DNA of 64,000 nt from a virus. The DNA lies in IMG/VR virus record IMGVR_UViG_3300025598_000030, positions 1-64,000 of that record; one strand, given 5' to 3'. This document shows, one piece after another, positions 39,516-50,464 of this stretch (positions are counted from its first letter, which is position 1; each line of letters opens with the position of its first letter). The notes beneath the pieces are model-generated. The model had not been told where the DNA came from, searched no databases, and saw only the letters and a list, made by a program, of their open reading frames with translations. The position numbers and the translations under genes were made by a program.

Positions 39516-42500
39516 TTAACTACTCGAAACGATCAATGTTGCATTTAATTCTGATGCTGTTAAACTACTTAGTATTTGTATATCACTGACTGTTGCGCCA
39601 CTAATAAAAATTTCGTTACTCTGGCAAGTTATCTGAAATAAACTTCCAAAACTGTTATTAGTCGACTTCGGAACTATAACAAAGTTAGTAATGTCCGGTG
39701 TCATTATATTCATAACATACGTTACTAACTCACCGAAATTAAAGGTTTGTCCGAAATCCCAATTTTCTATTGCAAAAAAGTTATTAATTGCAGTTAAAAT
39801 ACTCGATTGTAAACTAGTTGCACTAAGTGTGCTTGTTGGACTTTGAACTGCTTTGAAAGTTGCTTGTAACGATGTCGGTGCCGGGCCACCGAATAATACT
39901 TTGTAAATTGCAGGATGATATACGATTTCATCACTTATGCTTTTAATTGGTTCTAAATATGATGAATAATTATTTTCTAAACTTTGTGATGTTGGAGTAA
40001 TAGGTGCTGTTCCAGTTCCTGACATTAACCAACTTCTATATTCTGAATCATAACTACTGCTTAATAGATAAACATCAATAATATTCATCTTCGATGGATC
40101 TAATCTTCTTTCATTTGCAGCATTATGTATATAATGAAACTTAATATTTTTTCTACCAGATCTTGCAAAATACAAGTAAGGAGACGGAGTGTCATATGAA
40201 TTTGTCGAACTTGAATAAATTTTTATAAGATCTATATCATAAAAATAATATTTCTGTCCATCAATTGGGTTTACCACTGCATTTTGATTAGGATAAGCAA
40301 TTATGCTACCATTATATAAAGAATAAGTACTACCGGTAGCTGATTTTAGAAAATAGATAAATTTATCTTTGTATCCTGTCTGTAAACTATTACTATCAGG
40401 AGAAACAATATTGTTAAATGTATCAGGATCATCAATTTGACCATTATCATTGCGATCGTAAAAACTAATTAAAACTTTTTTAGGTTCTACATAACCGTCA
40501 GATTCGATAACAGCGCTATTAATTTGCCATGAATAATCATAACCTAATGAGATAGTATCTGGAGTAGGTCCTTTATTAATCGACAATACATCTATACGAT
40601 CTTTTACAACTGTATCATTTGTAAAATCATAATTCTTTGTCGATGTATCCACAAAGAAAGCTGTTTGAGCTGCGCTTTCAAATACATAATCAAGAGTTCT
40701 ATATCTAACATTATATTCTTTTCCAGTCCATTGAAATGCCACCATCCAACTAGCATCGAGATTCGAATTGCTAATGTCTTTTTGATGAGATAAACTGAAA
40801 GAATTTAATAGATCTAAATTAGTATCTACAATTATATACCATGTTCGTGTTGTAGCATCGAAACTTAGTCCAAAATTTCTCTTTGATAGTGATAAATTTG
40901 CAATTTCAGTCTGTATATCATAAGATAGAATATTAATAAATTTAGGTATAATAGTCTGAGGTATTGCACTCGATGGGATGCTCAATGATGGGCTTTGTAA
41001 TGATCCATTATTAATTACTTGTCCATTTCCGAATATGCTACCTGTCATAGTAATCGGCCCAACTCCGGTAACTAAATTTCCTGTTCCATTGTTAGAACCA
41101 TCACCTATAATATTAACCACTTGTGCCCATATATATGATTTAGTTGTATCATCACTTATATTAGTAAGTTGTCCATTTGGTAAAAAGTAATTATTAGCAG
41201 GTGGTACAAATTTTATCAAAGATCCTGCCGATATATAAGACAAGTTACCAGTACCTAAATATCCTACAGAAACAGGGCCAGTGTAAGAGTTAAAATATCC
41301 ATTAGTTTGATTTGTTAATAAATTCGATTGATTCCATGCAAGATTTGCATAGCTTAAATCAACTCTAGGATATTGATCTAAATAAAACGAGTTTAATCCT
41401 GCAGATCCTATAACTGTTGAAAGTTGTGTTTGTAAAACAGAGAAAATTTCATTTCGAGTAGTGAAAGAAAATTGAAAATTCCCTTCGTTATATTCTTTAT
41501 ATAAAATACCATCTGTTGCAAAAATATCAGTAGAACTATATGCTCCACTAACATCACTTAATTCATAATATTTGCTGATTCCGCTGCTAACTCTATTGAT
41601 ACTTTTAAGTTTAATAATATCAGGACTAACGTTGAGAGGAGCAATATTATAATCCTCAGCAGTAATCATTCTATTTTGAGTATAATATGTCTGAGGAGCT
41701 TTTAATTTAATATCGTCACTAGATTCACTACCTGAAGCATTCGATACTGTATATTGTAAACTTAAAATTAATGTTAATAATTGAGACTGTCCTGAACTAT
41801 CTGTAAAAGGAATTTGAACAGAAACATTGCTTAATTGCTCTGGTTTAATACTATAAGTTAATCCGCTACTTTGTCTATAATATAATGCAAATGATCCATT
41901 TGGTAAATTTCCAAAACTGCCATCAGCAAACGATAGATCTATTTGATCATTATCTCTAGTTAAGACCGCATAGATATTGCGCTGGCCGGAATTCAAGCTA
42001 TTATAAATGACATTATTGCCTGTTAGTGCAGGAACTTGTTGCCATAGAGTCTGTAAAGTAGTGCCGTCGAGGCTTTTTTGCCAAAGCCATACATCTGTAT
42101 CATTAATGTTATTGACATTAATACCTACTAATTCGTTCGGCACCGGACTACTTACTGAAAAGCTAGCATTAGACAATGTACCTTCGCGAAAATGAATAAA
42201 AAACCCGGTATTTGCACTACCACTTCCTTGATTATCATTTTGAAAAATTATTCCTAATGAATTACCAAGTTGCGGTGTTTCTTCATAGATATAATTATTA
42301 TTAGCAAAGGTCGACGATACTAATTCAAATGATAATGTTGTTCCTGCTATGCTCTTTGTAAAACTAAAAACTGGCACATCGGCATTATTAGAATTAATCT
42401 TATATTGTTCTGTAGATATCCCATTAATCACAGAACTAATAACAGGTTTACCAAACTGTGTCGGCGAAACCATTGCAGAATTTAAAATTGTAATGAATTG

Positions 42501-42959
42501 TTGATACCAATTAGAATTAGTAGGATCATCCCATCCAACAATGACATTCGATAAGTTTGTTCCATTAACATCATAAACATTACCAGTAGTAGATATAGAG
42601 GTAATTTTTAATAATCCATTTGCAGGAACATTTCTTTTAGGATTGTAACTAATTAGCTGTGCTAATCTTAGAATACTATCTCTTCTTTCAGCTGTCTCTA
42701 AAAAGTTTTCTCGAGCATTTAAATCAATTCGAAAACTGAGATTTTGTCCTAAAAAAGCAATTAGATCAACAAGTGCTATATATTCACTGCTATCAATATA
42801 ATCGTTAAAATCTTCAGGAAAATTCTCTCTAAGATATGTAATCATTGTTCGACGTAATGTGTCGAAATCATAACTTTGAAATTCTGCGTTTTGGAAACTC
42901 TGGTAAATCTTTTTCCAATCTTCTGCTACTAATAGTTGATTAGTTGTTGATGGTATCAT
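39516..42959 (-). CDS. Baseplate wedge protein (T4 gp6-like)
   Basis: YDFDTLR, ENFLETAERRDSILRLA..ISY.P, FADGSFG, ES..DIK..AP, QNRMITAEDY. Confidence 0.85.
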   Translation of the reverse strand: MIPSTTNQLLVAEDWKKIYQSFQNAEFQSYDFDTLRRTMITYLRENFPEDFNDYIDSSEYIALVDLIAFLGQNLSFRIDLNARENFLETAERRDSILRLAQLISYNPKRNVPANGLLKITSISTTGNVYDVNGTNLSNVIVGWDDPTNSNWYQQFITILNSAMVSPTQFGKPVISSVINGISTEQYKINSNNADVPVFSFTKSIAGTTLSFELVSSTFANNNYIYEETPQLGNSLGIIFQNDNQGSGSANTGFFIHFREGTLSNASFSVSSPVPNELVGINVNNINDTDVWLWQKSLDGTTLQTLWQQVPALTGNNVIYNSLNSGQRNIYAVLTRDNDQIDLSFADGSFGNLPNGSFALYYRQSSGLTYSIKPEQLSNVSVQIPFTDSSGQSQLLTLILSLQYTVSNASGSESSDDIKLKAPQTYYTQNRMITAEDYNIAPLNVSPDIIKLKSINRVSSGISKYYELSDVSGAYSSTDIFATDGILYKEYNEGNFQFSFTTRNEIFSVLQTQLSTVIGSAGLNSFYLDQYPRVDLSYANLAWNQSNLLTNQTNGYFNSYTGPVSVGYLGTGNLSYISAGSLIKFVPPANNYFLPNGQLTNISDDTTKSYIWAQVVNIIGDGSNNGTGNLVTGVGPITMTGSIFGNGQVINNGSLQSPSLSIPSSAIPQTIIPKFINILSYDIQTEIANLSLSKRNFGLSFDATTRTWYIIVDTNLDLLNSFSLSHQKDISNSNLDASWMVAFQWTGKEYNVRYRTLDYVFESAAQTAFFVDTSTKNYDFTNDTVVKDRIDVLSINKGPTPDTISLGYDYSWQINSAVIESDGYVEPKKVLISFYDRNDNGQIDDPDTFNNIVSPDSNSLQTGYKDKFIYFLKSATGSTYSLYNGSIIAYPNQNAVVNPIDGQKYYFYDIDLIKIYSSSTNSYDTPSPYLYFARSGRKNIKFHYIHNAANERRLDPSKMNIIDVYLLSSSYDSEYRSWLMSGTGTAPITPTSQSLENNYSSYLEPIKSISDEIVYHPAIYKVLFGGPAPTSLQATFKAVQSPTSTLSATSLQSSILTAINNFFAIENWDFGQTFNFGELVTYVMNIMTPDITNFVIVPKSTNNSFGSLFQITCQSNEIFISGATVSDIQILSSLTASELNATLIVSSS

Positions 42960-43010
42960 ATAGCCTTTCTCATAAGATACCGTATTTATTTGAGTAATAA
43001 TATACGTATA

Positions 43011-43451
43011 TTATTGCGATAATAATCCTAATTCTCTATCGAATGATAAAGACATGCTAGCTGTTTGGTCTGTTCCGATATATTGAAGTGTAATTTCTAA
43101 AAGAATTCCGTATTCTTGTTCTACAGTATCTAATTGTATCGGAACAACTCTCGGATCATTATTGCAAATTCTGTTAATATCATCTGCTATAGCCTGTTTA
43201 ACACTATCGGTAAATGGCTCGTATATTAAACTCCAAATAATTGTGCCGAAAGTAGGATTCATTACTCTCTCACCTAAGCGAGTATTAAACTGATTTAATA
43301 AATCTTGTTTAATAAGGTCAAAATCGTATAATCTTACATTATTTGTAACATCAGTGTTTACCGAACTATAACCAAAATAAAATTGACTTTGTTTATAAGT
43401 TAATGTAGGTTTAAATTGAACTGGGTTTATTTCTATATTTTTATAAGGCAT
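43011..43451 (-). CDS. Baseplate wedge subunit (gp25-like)
   Basis: IKQDLLN.F.TRLGERVMNPTFG..I...EP...DPRV. Confidence 0.88.
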   Translation of the reverse strand: MPYKNIEINPVQFKPTLTYKQSQFYFGYSSVNTDVTNNVRLYDFDLIKQDLLNQFNTRLGERVMNPTFGTIIWSLIYEPFTDSVKQAIADDINRICNNDPRVVPIQLDTVEQEYGILLEITLQYIGTDQTASMSLSFDRELGLLSQ

Positions 43452-43459
43452 GTTCGTAT

Positions 43460-45829
43460 TTATGGGCCGGTAGTATTACTTGTTGTTGGCGTTGTAGTGG
43501 GCCCGACAACATCGCCTGCACTATTAGTTAGAGGTACTGAAGAATCATACGTAGGAATCGGTGTACCTTGCAATTGTCCTAAGAAACATTCATAATATCC
43601 TTTCTTAGTTGCATAAATGTCAGGTGTACAATAACCTACAGCTCTTACTGCTGCATCAAAATATCCGGGATCTGTTTGAGATAGTTTAACTCTGTCTGCA
43701 ATATATATTGCACTAACATAAGCTGAAATTTTAGGATCATTTAATAAAGACGGATTATCTACTAATGCCGTTGCAGATGGTAATAACCCTCTATCATATA
43801 ATAACTTGCTATATTTTGTATAACTAGTCCGACCAGTAATTTGAATATACCCTCTACCGATAAATTTGGTACCGTCTCCTGAGGTAGTATTTCCTAAAGA
43901 TCTGTATTGATTGTCAGGCGACCCAAACGGCGGCGGTCCGTATAAAAATTCAGGTAATTTAGATGGGTCAGCGGCTTTTTCTTGAGCTAAAGCTAAGTCA
44001 CCTTTGAATATAGATGGAAAGACCTGTAATAATCTATTAGCAGAATAATTAAATTTCTCAGTTTGTATCTGCCATTTTGATTCTCCTCCTGTTATACCTA
44101 ATAAAGAAGCAATAGATATAGGAGTATTCAATCCAACTGCGGTACAAGCTGCTTTAAGTTGTGTAATTCCTGTTAGATTAGACGGATTTGAAATATCTGC
44201 TGCATATTTAGGTTCGCATGTACCAGATAATACCTCGGGTAAGTTAGCAGATGAGGCCGAAGAAACAGCCGAAGTATCAGGAATTCCACTAGCTGCTCTA
44301 CTTTGTACAGTGACATCGGTATTAGTTGAACTAAATTTCACAGGATCTATATTTTCATGTTGATCCCACGGTTCGTGTGTCGGAACGCGCTGCATAATAC
44401 TACTAATAGGATTAGCTTTATAAAATGTTCCGTGTGCCCATCCGTTCTCTGCTTTTCTATTAGGTAAGCTATATGTAGGCAACTGAGGAGGTAAACTGGC
44501 TAATTCTGCACTTGCAGCGGCTGCTGCCGATGGTCCATTTAAATGTATCTTTGCGCCAGTTGCAATTATATTTCCGCTTGCTCCGAAATGATGTGTACCT
44601 GCAGTACTTAATTTTACATCACCCTCTGCCGAAATATCGATTCCTGCTCCTGTAGTTGCTAATAAACCTTGATCTACCAATATGTTTAAATTATTCCCTA
44701 CACTGACCTTTAAATCTTTTCCTATTGTTTCGTCTTTATTTTTAGCAATAGATATCTTTGCATAATCATCTACGATTAAATTATAATACCCGGCAATATT
44801 CTGTTCCATATTTCCCAATGCACGAACATTAATATTTCTGCCGGCTTCGATGTTAATATCTCGATCAGCTCTGAAATTAAAATCTGCTTCAGAGTGTATA
44901 CTAACACTATCAGCAGCATATACATCTATTTTACCATTTGACGTTAATTCAATCCAAGCAGTTCCTTGGCTATTAGCAATATAAATCAAATCACTGCTGT
45001 TATGCATTAAAATTTGATGACCGGTTCTAGTACGTATACGTACTAATTCGTCTACAATTTTTCCAGTTTTTGGATCGACCCTGCCATCATCCATGACAAA
45101 TTGTGTGCCTCCTAATCGCTTAATAGGCACTAATGTTTTTTTATCATATCCTACTGCTGCTTTTCTTCCAGTTAAATCTAAAGGACCCGGAGTACTGATA
45201 CCATAAACTGTGCTTGGCATTTCTCGTCTAGCAGAACTAGATGTAATACCTCTAATATTATCGATTAATAGTCCTTGTGCTAATAATCGATCAGCGAATG
45301 GATGAATTGGGCGATATTGAGAACTGGGCATCGGGTGATCCTTAACTGTTCTCATCATAAATTCACCCACTGGCAATCTTGATGTTTGATATTTTAATTG
45401 CTGTTCGGGACTTATAAAAACTTTATCGCTCGCTGCAATTCCGGGAACGCTATGATTTTGGTAAGTATCCGGACAACACCCTAAAATGTAACCTTGATTA
45501 GGATCGCCGTCGATAAAAATTACCAATACCCATGCACCTATATCAGGAGGAACCATCCACATGCCATAACTATGTTGTACATCTTCATATTTTTTAGGAT
45601 CAGTTCCTTCAAATAATTGATTCATCGTTCCCCAAAATGGAGGAAGATAATATGCACGACCTGTTAACTGTTCTGCATTAGGATCGTCTGTTGTACCTCT
45701 TTGAATAGAAACTTCAAATGCTCCCATTCTAGTCGGGTCGAGATGATTTGTTACCCTGGCTTTATATGGTCCAGGACTCGGCATCTTTTTTGTAAATACC
45801 GATGTTATTCGTTTATCAACTGCACTCAT
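43460..45829 (-). CDS. Baseplate hub/spike (gp5/VgrG-like) with C-terminal GH19-type lysozyme domain
   Basis: OB-fold DPTRMG...PPDIG..VLVIF..GD; beta-helix repeats; HLNGP; RVPTHEPW; C-terminal ES...E.FNYS...GN...DG.KFIGRGYIQITGR..Y. Confidence 0.85.
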   Translation of the reverse strand: MSAVDKRITSVFTKKMPSPGPYKARVTNHLDPTRMGAFEVSIQRGTTDDPNAEQLTGRAYYLPPFWGTMNQLFEGTDPKKYEDVQHSYGMWMVPPDIGAWVLVIFIDGDPNQGYILGCCPDTYQNHSVPGIAASDKVFISPEQQLKYQTSRLPVGEFMMRTVKDHPMPSSQYRPIHPFADRLLAQGLLIDNIRGITSSSARREMPSTVYGISTPGPLDLTGRKAAVGYDKKTLVPIKRLGGTQFVMDDGRVDPKTGKIVDELVRIRTRTGHQILMHNSSDLIYIANSQGTAWIELTSNGKIDVYAADSVSIHSEADFNFRADRDINIEAGRNINVRALGNMEQNIAGYYNLIVDDYAKISIAKNKDETIGKDLKVSVGNNLNILVDQGLLATTGAGIDISAEGDVKLSTAGTHHFGASGNIIATGAKIHLNGPSAAAAASAELASLPPQLPTYSLPNRKAENGWAHGTFYKANPISSIMQRVPTHEPWDQHENIDPVKFSSTNTDVTVQSRAASGIPDTSAVSSASSANLPEVLSGTCEPKYAADISNPSNLTGITQLKAACTAVGLNTPISIASLLGITGGESKWQIQTEKFNYSANRLLQVFPSIFKGDLALAQEKAADPSKLPEFLYGPPPFGSPDNQYRSLGNTTSGDGTKFIGRGYIQITGRTSYTKYSKLLYDRGLLPSATALVDNPSLLNDPKISAYVSAIYIADRVKLSQTDPGYFDAAVRAVGYCTPDIYATKKGYYECFLGQLQGTPIPTYDSSVPLTNSAGDVVGPTTTPTTSNTTGP

Positions 45830-48800
45830 TTTTTATTTGACCCATTTATTAAATTTATTAAAGGACTAGATGCTGCAGATGCACTCTTCGATCCGTATTT
45901 GCTTACTACAGACGGAGATACATTTGATACATTAGGAAGTCCTGTTGGAACCACTGAATTTATAGTATTTACTACAGCCTCTACACTAGGGGAATTTCCT
46001 GTTAATTGTGAAAAACCTGATTGAAGTGTACTGACCTTACCTGAAACTGCTATAGGAGAAAGTGCCGATCCAGCAACTACCGAAGCTTTATTATTCGAAA
46101 TTAATTTATTGATATTCGGTATACTAGCAGCTCCTGGAATATCTGATAAAGTTCCACCATTTTTTAAGATATATCTTACATCACTAATGTTTATATCAGC
46201 ATCAGGCGCACTAATTGTCGGTTGGGTTGAGGGAATATTTTTAAGTCCTTGTACCGGTATATTATTAATCAATAACCCATTACTTACTGCGGCATTAATA
46301 TCAACATTCTTAGGAACATTTTGTGCCGCTTGAATAATTGTATTATAGATTTTAGATCTCAATCCGCCACTTAAACCTGCTAATCTATTAGGATTAATAC
46401 CTAAAGTAGATTCTAGAGAATTTACATTACCGTTTATATTAGATAATTGTGCAGAATTACTAGAGACTAATCCTGCAGCATTATTACCTAAATTATTCAC
46501 TTGACTTAATGCACTACTAGAAAGATTGGAAGAATTTGCACCCGAAGCTATAGCATTTTGAGCAATTGTATTAGGTGAAACATTATTAAATCCTATCGAA
46601 TTGGCTACATTACTTAATTGATTTACCGACCCGCCTGCACTATTAATATTTGTTGAAAAATTCGTCAAACCTGAGTTAGTTAATCTAATAGCAGAAGCAA
46701 CATTTAGTAATCCTAAAGCCGAAGATCCGGATAGACGATTAATTAAAGACCCATTAATTCCTGATGCGCCGGAAGATAATGAATTAATAAATGATCCTAT
46801 CGATAATCCTCCAGTTGGAGAACCTGAAATGCTTTGTAAATTACCCGGAAGAAGGTTAGATAAATCTCCAGGTAACCCATTAAGTGATAGAGATGATGCA
46901 ATTTCCGCAGCCAAGGTATCTTCAGTGGCTCTAACTGTGGACGGAGTATCAGGAGGTGGATTAATATTTTCTCTCACCGGATCAGGGTATTCTATTACCG
47001 GTAATGGGAGTTTAGTTGGCGGAGGTACATCGGTATCTTCCACTTGTGCAGTTAATCTAATTAAATCTAATTTTTGTGTAAACTTTCCGTCTTTAAAATA
47101 ATTAACTATTTGAGTTACTCTAAATACTCCGCTATACTTAGCAGTATATACCGACTTACCTGTTTTTGAATCAGCTACTGATTGAAAAATAGCTTCACCG
47201 GTAGTCGGGTCAATATCTAAAGGATTTTTAAAATTTATAACAATATGAACATCGCCGTGGATAAATGGCGCTTCGTCTTGTCCTACAGTCCCATCTGGAT
47301 TCTTAGTATGACGTTGATTTCCGATATTATCTGTTACTAGATAATATGGATCTCCTATGATGTTTAATTCTGCAGTGCATTGATCGACATTTTCTAAAAT
47401 TGCTTTATGCATAGACTTAGCTAGGTCTGCATATGGATCAGTAGTGGGCAATGCAGTATTAGGCACACCTGATACTACAACCATTGTATTGTCTGTTGCT
47501 ACTTTTATAGGAGGTTTTCCTAACCAACTTTTTTCTCGATCGGCAAGTTTAGAATCAGGTAATGCTGTTTTACTAGATCCCGACTGTTCTGTTAATCCTC
47601 CATTAGACGGAACTCCTACCTTATTGCCTAATGCTTTAGGTATTGCACTAAAAAATAAAGTATTAAATTGCAATCTAAATCCTGTAATGTCTACATTTTT
47701 ACCAGAATATATATAATTGTATTCTCGATGAATACTTTCTTTTAACTTTGAAGTATCTGCTGTAGCAGGAACTTTAGGAGGAAACCTAGAATAATGTATT
47801 TTATATGGTACAACAACATATCTATATTTAAAAAGAGGTAGGTTTGTTTTAGGATTGTCAATACCTAAATGTTCTGTTTCAACATTGACCATAAAATAAT
47901 CAACCATACCGTTTTCATCAATTTTAAAAGTTTCTGCTATATTTTTTACATATTCGCTATCTCGTATCACCGAAGAAATACAATCTACGACATCTTGTCC
48001 TTTTGCAAATTGTGCTATAGGATTAACAGGATCGTAAGGGATTGTATCTGTATTGTTATTATCTGTGACTTTTGATTGGTCTATAAATTCATAAGCAGTG
48101 TTAGATTTATAAAGTTCGACTAATTTCTTACCAGCAATCTCATTATCTTTTGTATAATCTAATCCGGTATCTGTTGGGGTAGGGAATACGATTTCAAATA
48201 TATCATGACTAACATTACCTTGAGAATTACTAAGCGCTTGTGCTTCTTTTAGCTTTCCTGTATTAATACCATCCATAAAGCTGGTTAATATATCTTTAAT
48301 AACACTACCTTTAATCTGTACAGTATCTTTAAGATTTTGAACCTCGCCTAATGCTTGTTCATTCCAAGGAACTGCACTGCAATTATAAACCGTTCCGCTT
48401 TCTTTTACTTCAATATCAATTGAAGTAAATTTCATAGGAAAGTATCTTGTAGATTTATCGATAATCTCAGGATCTGATAAATCAGGTCCATCTGGGTATC
48501 CTATAAATTGCATTTTAAGCATATATGGACAATTAATATAACTATCATGCCCGGAAGCAATTGCAGAAACATGCAATGCTTCTATAAAACCACTCATACT
48601 ATATGGTTCAGTGATTTGAAATTTAATATTAGTAGCAGGAGACATGCTAGTTTTTTTATCACCGCCGACAATATTTTCTATTTCTACTTGATCGATATAA
48701 AAATCAAATTGCCCTGGGCTTTGTGTATTAAAATTTTGTAAGAGAGAGGAAAACGATTCATTTAATCTGTTAATTTCTGCAATTACATTTTGATTATGTT

Positions 48801-49143
48801 TAGCTTGAGTGGAATTAGGATTAGTATATAACTGCGAGGCAGGAGCAGTACGCTGAATTGGATTTTGTAAACCTGTTGTTCCTTTACCTCCTGATCTAGC
48901 AATAATCCAATAGTCTTGATTATCGTCAAGATTGAATGGATTAACCAATGCATTACCTTTAAGAGATGCTAAAGTGAAATTGTAAGTATAAGATTTATAA
49001 TTGTTTAAAATATTAGATCCTAAAGTTTTTCCTGCTATAGGTATCTTATTTTGTTCAGTACTGCTTTTAGACGGGGTTTTATTTTCTGTTTTAGAATCCC
49101 CGGAAAATGATTGTTGTTTCGGTGCAATTACGAGAGCTGGCAT
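45826..49143 (-). CDS. Baseplate hub/tail-associated protein with low-complexity C-terminus
   Basis: Position between gp53-like and gp5-like genes; IIGDPYYL and YSGVFRVTQIVNYFKDGKFTQKL hub-type motifs. Confidence 0.6.
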   Translation of the reverse strand: MPALVIAPKQQSFSGDSKTENKTPSKSSTEQNKIPIAGKTLGSNILNNYKSYTYNFTLASLKGNALVNPFNLDDNQDYWIIARSGGKGTTGLQNPIQRTAPASQLYTNPNSTQAKHNQNVIAEINRLNESFSSLLQNFNTQSPGQFDFYIDQVEIENIVGGDKKTSMSPATNIKFQITEPYSMSGFIEALHVSAIASGHDSYINCPYMLKMQFIGYPDGPDLSDPEIIDKSTRYFPMKFTSIDIEVKESGTVYNCSAVPWNEQALGEVQNLKDTVQIKGSVIKDILTSFMDGINTGKLKEAQALSNSQGNVSHDIFEIVFPTPTDTGLDYTKDNEIAGKKLVELYKSNTAYEFIDQSKVTDNNNTDTIPYDPVNPIAQFAKGQDVVDCISSVIRDSEYVKNIAETFKIDENGMVDYFMVNVETEHLGIDNPKTNLPLFKYRYVVVPYKIHYSRFPPKVPATADTSKLKESIHREYNYIYSGKNVDITGFRLQFNTLFFSAIPKALGNKVGVPSNGGLTEQSGSSKTALPDSKLADREKSWLGKPPIKVATDNTMVVVSGVPNTALPTTDPYADLAKSMHKAILENVDQCTAELNIIGDPYYLVTDNIGNQRHTKNPDGTVGQDEAPFIHGDVHIVINFKNPLDIDPTTGEAIFQSVADSKTGKSVYTAKYSGVFRVTQIVNYFKDGKFTQKLDLIRLTAQVEDTDVPPPTKLPLPVIEYPDPVRENINPPPDTPSTVRATEDTLAAEIASSLSLNGLPGDLSNLLPGNLQSISGSPTGGLSIGSFINSLSSGASGINGSLINRLSGSSALGLLNVASAIRLTNSGLTNFSTNINSAGGSVNQLSNVANSIGFNNVSPNTIAQNAIASGANSSNLSSSALSQVNNLGNNAAGLVSSNSAQLSNINGNVNSLESTLGINPNRLAGLSGGLRSKIYNTIIQAAQNVPKNVDINAAVSNGLLINNIPVQGLKNIPSTQPTISAPDADINISDVRYILKNGGTLSDIPGAASIPNINKLISNNKASVVAGSALSPIAVSGKVSTLQSGFSQLTGNSPSVEAVVNTINSVVPTGLPNVSNVSPSVVSKYGSKSASAASSPLINLINGSNKK

Positions 49144-49144
49144 T

Positions 49145-49447
49145 TTATATACCTAATAATGTTTTTAAAGTTTGCAGCTGGGGAAGGTATATTGCCTGGC
49201 CGGCATATAAATCATAGATAGGATCTTTAATTATATCCTTGTTTCTTACAGCGAATACCCACCACAATGAAGGATCTCCGTATAGATCATATGCTAGCAA
49301 ATCCGGTCGATTAGCATATTGACTAGTAACAACAAACTGTACATCGTTAGTTACATTAGGAATATTACGAAAATTGATAATATCCAAGTATCCATTAGAG
49401 ACTACTGTGGTATAATAAGGGCTATTTTTAGAATAAGTTGCGGACAT
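49145..49447 (-). CDS. Baseplate protein (gp53/LysM-like)
   Basis: RPDLLAYDLYGDPSLWWVFAVRN...DP. Confidence 0.82.
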   Translation of the reverse strand: MSATYSKNSPYYTTVVSNGYLDIINFRNIPNVTNDVQFVVTSQYANRPDLLAYDLYGDPSLWWVFAVRNKDIIKDPIYDLYAGQAIYLPQLQTLKTLLGI

Positions 49448-50355
49448 TATAAGTATCCTTGAGCACGTTGATTACCGGTCAACCATCCAGAAACTGTACC
49501 ATTTAACATTTCTCGTCTGCTATAAACCGGAGATAATGTCAAATTAATTGTTGTAAATACCGGCACAGAAGAAGATCCATATAAAAAATTATTCTGATCG
49601 GCGCCGGCTGTAAAGTAATCTATACCTTCCGGCAGATCAAAATTAAATCCTTTAATAACAACAGGAACCATATCTAACATATAAGGACCATAGGCCATTA
49701 ATCTACAGACCGGCGGCGGCGCTCCTGCATTAGGATCATCACCAAATTTCATCTTAGTAAGAGCTCTTAATAAATGTATTACTCCTAATAAAATTTGAGA
49801 TTCGATATCATTTTGAGCTGAAAATTTACCGGTAATTTTAATATCACTTACTGCACTACTTTTATAAAAATTTTGAGTATAGTTAGAATGAACAGCATTA
49901 AATGGTTCATAATTAGCGCTATGATCTAATGTAATCGACGGAGTATAAGGAAAAATTATTCCTCCATTTCGTTTAAGTTCACCATTAGGACCTGCTGCTT
50001 GATTAATTAAATAGGAGTCCGGAACTATTAATCTAACTCTTTGATCTATATGACCAAATTTTGCTACGGCTCTAGGCGGAGTAGTCGGAGTCGCACTAGG
50101 TTTAAGAGATGCTGTTAATGATTCTGCTAATCCTGCGACATTTGCTGATAATTGTTGCGAAAGATTGACTATATTAGTAGGATTCGATATTTTTTTTAAA
50201 CTTTCAGCATCCGACACACTGGGATTTGTAATAGCTTCGGATGCGATAGATCCTGACGATGCTTGCGATGTTTGTATCGTTCCATCTGCATTAGTAGTTG
50301 TTACTAATCCAGACGAATCTGTTTGAGAAGATGTTGGAAATCCTGTAATGGCCAT
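49447..50355 (-). CDS. Tail tube initiator/baseplate-tail tube junction-like protein
   Basis: GIIFPYTP, HSNY, GAPPPVCRLMAYG, VPVVIK.F motifs; first gene of structural block. Confidence 0.55.
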   Translation of the reverse strand: MAITGFPTSSQTDSSGLVTTTNADGTIQTSQASSGSIASEAITNPSVSDAESLKKISNPTNIVNLSQQLSANVAGLAESLTASLKPSATPTTPPRAVAKFGHIDQRVRLIVPDSYLINQAAGPNGELKRNGGIIFPYTPSITLDHSANYEPFNAVHSNYTQNFYKSSAVSDIKITGKFSAQNDIESQILLGVIHLLRALTKMKFGDDPNAGAPPPVCRLMAYGPYMLDMVPVVIKGFNFDLPEGIDYFTAGADQNNFLYGSSSVPVFTTINLTLSPVYSRREMLNGTVSGWLTGNQRAQGYL

Positions 50356-50374
50356 AGTTAATCTCGTTATCTGC

Positions 50375-50438
50375 TATTTACCCTATAAATAATATTGGTA
50401 TTTAATTGGTTGACATTTTGTTGTTTTTTTGCTACAAT
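50375..50438. promoter_or_regulatory. Divergent promoter region: late TAAATA motifs on both strands and consensus sigma70 promoter for the late sigma gene
   Basis: Minus-strand TAAATA 50375-50380; plus TATAAATA 50384-50391; TTGACA (50410-50415)-17 bp-TACAAT (50433-50438). Confidence 0.7.
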
Positions 50439-50464
50439 AACCCTAAGGAAGGAAAAATATAATA

